From a virus (lineage: Duplodnaviria > Caudoviricetes): 36,124 bases of DNA. The stretch spans positions 1-36,124 of IMG/VR virus record IMGVR_UViG_3300028586_000010. One strand, given 5' to 3'. The position numbers were made by a program, and so were the translations under genes. A model generated the notes under the pieces. That model was not told the DNA's origin, ran no database searches, and saw only the letters and a list, made by a program, of their open reading frames with translations. Positions within the stretch are counted from its first letter, which is position 1. Each line of letters starts with the position of its first letter. Below, one piece after another: positions 34,254-36,124 of this stretch.

Positions 34254-34910
34254 ATGACGATTTACACCGTAGCGAACACCAAGGGCGGGGTGGGCAAGTC
34301 CACCAGTACTGTCCAGATCTCGACCGGCTTTTCCCTGCGTGGGGAGGATCCCTGGGTGGTGGACGCCGACAAGAAACAGACGTCGGCCTTGCTGTCGCTG
34401 ACGAACAGGGTAAATGCCGGCCTGCCCGGGATTCCGGCCACCGAACTCGGGGACGGCGCCACGCTGCGCGCCCAGGTGCGCCTGCAGGCGCCGAAGTTCA
34501 AACACACGTTCATCGACGTGGGCGCCCGGGATTCCGGCGCGCTGCGCGCCGCCCTAACGATCACGCAAGTACTTGTGGTGCCGTTTGCGCCCCGGGCTTA
34601 TGACCTCTGGGCATACGAACAGATGATCGAGCTGGTGAGGGAAGCCCAGGAGGAACGCGAGATCCTGGTGGTGCCGTTCCTGAACATGGCGGACCCACAT
34701 GATGGCCCAGGATCCGACAACGCCATTGCGATCGCTGACGTGGAGGCCTATGGCTTCAAAGTCGCCCCGGTTCGCTTGGGCAATCGCAAGGCTATTGACC
34801 GGGCCAGTGCGGCCGGGCTGAACGTGAGTGAGTACAAGCCAGCCGACGAGAAGGCCCGCCTTGAGGTAGGCCAGCTGGTCGACTACCTCCTGGGACTCTC
34901 GCGCTCTTGA
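34254..34910 (+). CDS. parA: ParA Walker-type partition ATPase (short, type Ib)
   Basis: NTKGGVGKST deviant Walker A; VVDAD; FIDVG; no N-terminal HTH. Confidence 0.93.
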   Translation: MTIYTVANTKGGVGKSTSTVQISTGFSLRGEDPWVVDADKKQTSALLSLTNRVNAGLPGIPATELGDGATLRAQVRLQAPKFKHTFIDVGARDSGALRAALTITQVLVVPFAPRAYDLWAYEQMIELVREAQEEREILVVPFLNMADPHDGPGSDNAIAIADVEAYGFKVAPVRLGNRKAIDRASAAGLNVSEYKPADEKARLEVGQLVDYLLGLSRS

Positions 34911-34922
34911 TACCTCATGAGT

Positions 34923-34963
34923 GCATCATTTCTACATCAACATGATGCACCTTATACATCAAC
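34923..34963. repeat. parS-like/operator cluster 3
   Basis: ACATCAAC at 34934 and 34956; GCATCAT/ATGATGC variants. Confidence 0.6.
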
Positions 34964-34981
34964 ACTACTGTAGGATTGAAT

Positions 34982-35293
34982 ATGGACCGTAAGATCCCAC
35001 CAAAGCCGCAACGCCCGGAAATGTCGGACGAGGCAGCGGCCCGCTTTATCAACCAGGCGCCGGACGTTAAGCCGGCCGCGGCGCCGGAAGTGCCTGGCCA
35101 GCCAGCTGCAGCACAGCCGGATCCGGTCGTGCCGCGCACGCTGCGCAAGCGCAAGGAGCCGGTCACGATGACCCTGGATCCGGGCATCCTGGCGGAGTTT
35201 GACGAACTGGCGGCCACCATGGGCTTGAGCCGTGCGGCCGCCACCGGCATGGCCATGAGGCGAATGATTGATGAGGAAAAGAAAAAGCGATGA
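34982..35293 (+). CDS. Ribbon-helix-helix centromere-binding protein (ParG/CopG-like ParB)
   Basis: Flexible Pro/Ala-rich N-terminus (..AARFINQAPD), then KEPVTMTLDPGILAEFDELAATMGLSRAAATGMAMRRMI; directly after parA. Confidence 0.85.
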   Translation: MDRKIPPKPQRPEMSDEAAARFINQAPDVKPAAAPEVPGQPAAAQPDPVVPRTLRKRKEPVTMTLDPGILAEFDELAATMGLSRAAATGMAMRRMIDEEKKKR

Positions 35294-35319
35294 CAGCGTG
35301 ATGGGTCATGCGAAAGGAC

Positions 35320-35349
35320 AAGGGCCACCATGACGGTGGCCCTTTTTTT
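35320..35349 (+). terminator. Rho-independent terminator between the par operon and the convergent early operon
   Basis: AAGGGCCACC-atgac-GGTGGCCCTT followed by a T run. Confidence 0.85.
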
Positions 35350-35575
35350 ATGCCTGCAGCCTGGCCATGTAGGCCCGGCGCTGCTCGACCTGGTCGGTGT
35401 CCAGTTGGTCGTACTTGGTGCAGTCGCGCAGGGGTTCAGCCGGGTAATAGCGGGCCGGGTCTGGGTGGCCCTGGCAGCGGCCCAAGCCCTGGGCCCGCAT
35501 GCCCTTGTCGCTGCGTTCATGGGTCATCCGGTCCTTGACCGTGAAGCGGCGGCAGCTGATGCAGTTGACTGGCAT
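35348..35575 (-). CDS. Small Cys-containing hypothetical protein (75 aa)
   Basis: AGGAG SD before MPVNCISCRRF..GRC..DC; directly after the primase-helicase stop. Confidence 0.7.
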   Translation of the reverse strand: MPVNCISCRRFTVKDRMTHERSDKGMRAQGLGRCQGHPDPARYYPAEPLRDCTKYDQLDTDQVEQRRAYMARLQA

Positions 35576-35583
35576 GGCCGCTC

Positions 35584-36124
35584 CTATTCGGCGCTCGGGC
35601 CGTTGTTGAGCTTGACGGCCACGTGCAGGCCATAGCCGGCCAGGGCTTGGAGCGATAGCGGCGTGAGGTTGTTGACGCGCATGTTCAGGATGGTACGTTC
35701 CACCTCCTTGTCGCCCTGCAGGACCTTGGCGGTCTTGAGCTGCTTTTTGAACACGGTGGCCGACTTCACCGGCATGCCGTTCCACTTGTCGCGCAGGTGC
35801 ATCGACGTGGCCAGGTGCTCCATGACGTGAGACGTGCGGACCAGCAGGCATTCCTCGCCGTCCACCTTGTCGAACTTGTACGGATGCTTGAAGGTGCCGC
35901 GGTCGATCTCCGACAGCAGCGTTTCCATGATCCAGACCCACGGCGAGCGGTCGGAGTCCGATTCCGAAATGTGGGAGTTCATTTCCGCAATCAGGTCCTT
36001 GCCGAAGTCGCCCTCGCTCGGATCCATGCCGGCGAAGTCGGCCAGGTAACGCCAGGCCAGCAGCACTGCGGCGTAGTTGCCTGCCATGCGCTTGGCGCCG
36101 TCGTCGCTCTCGCTGGCCCGGCTG
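35584..36124 (-). CDS. Primase-helicase, C-terminal part (joins 1..2373 across the circular junction)
   Basis: Same frame as 1..2373 through the 127-bp overlap; winged-helix-like C-terminus. Confidence 0.85.
   Translation of the reverse strand, partial: SRASESDDGAKRMAGNYAAVLLAWRYLADFAGMDPSEGDFGKDLIAEMNSHISESDSDRSPWVWIMETLLSEIDRGTFKHPYKFDKVDGEECLLVRTSHVMEHLATSMHLRDKWNGMPVKSATVFKKQLKTAKVLQGDKEVERTILNMRVNNLTPLSLQALAGYGLHVAVKLNNGPSAE
35998..36124 (+). repeat. Terminal direct repeat, copy 2 (circular-assembly overlap)
   Basis: Identical to 1-127. Confidence 0.95.

Larger units (their letters stand above)
1..36124. mobile_element. Complete circular P2-like phage-plasmid genome (~35,997 bp unique)
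   Basis: P2-type head, tail and lysis genes in P2 order; ogr; plasmid Rep plus ParA/RHH; no integrase seen; 127-bp terminal overlap, with one ORF reading in frame across the join. Confidence 0.9.

Noticed and set aside
35998-36124. 127-bp terminal repeat as a biological terminal repeat or att site
   Set aside because: It lies mid-gene, and 127 is a common assembler k-mer length; best explained as a circular-contig overlap
1-36124. Integrase, protelomerase, tRNA or rRNA genes
   Set aside because: No tyrosine/serine recombinase or TelN motifs in any ORF, no long telomere-type palindrome, and no tRNA/rRNA signature seen by eye

Overview
The window is a complete circular element of about 35,997 bp: positions 1-127 are repeated at 35998-36124, which looks like an assembly overlap. 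It is a P2-like (Peduoviridae-type) myophage genome with the full virion and lysis set: Q, P, O, N, M, L, X, two holins, endolysin, LysB/LysC, R, S, V, W, J, I, an extra receptor-binding protein, H, G-like, FI, FII, E/E', T, U, D, plus ogr. It has no integrase, resolvase or P2 gpA. Instead it carries a pBBR1-type/RepL-like Rep with an iteron-bearing oriV, a ParA plus ribbon-helix-helix partition pair with CATCAAC repeat clusters, and a dif-like Xer site. It also has a ~928-aa primase-helicase that spans the window ends and a second, IHF-flanked repeat origin. I therefore read it as a P2-like phage-plasmid with separate plasmid and lytic replicons, probably from a Beta- or Gammaproteobacterium. 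The control region is unusual. The CI/S24 repressor lacks the usual Ala-Gly cleavage site, it sits opposite an unannotated 57-aa RHH gene, and a near-perfect LexA box just downstream overlaps a promoter that could read antisense through cI into the ogr/primase operon. Accessory cargo includes a low-GC 594-aa glycosyltransferase-like moron, an orphan truncated MqsA, and an orphan DNA methyltransferase behind a late promoter. All family assignments are from motif recognition by eye; no database searches were run.
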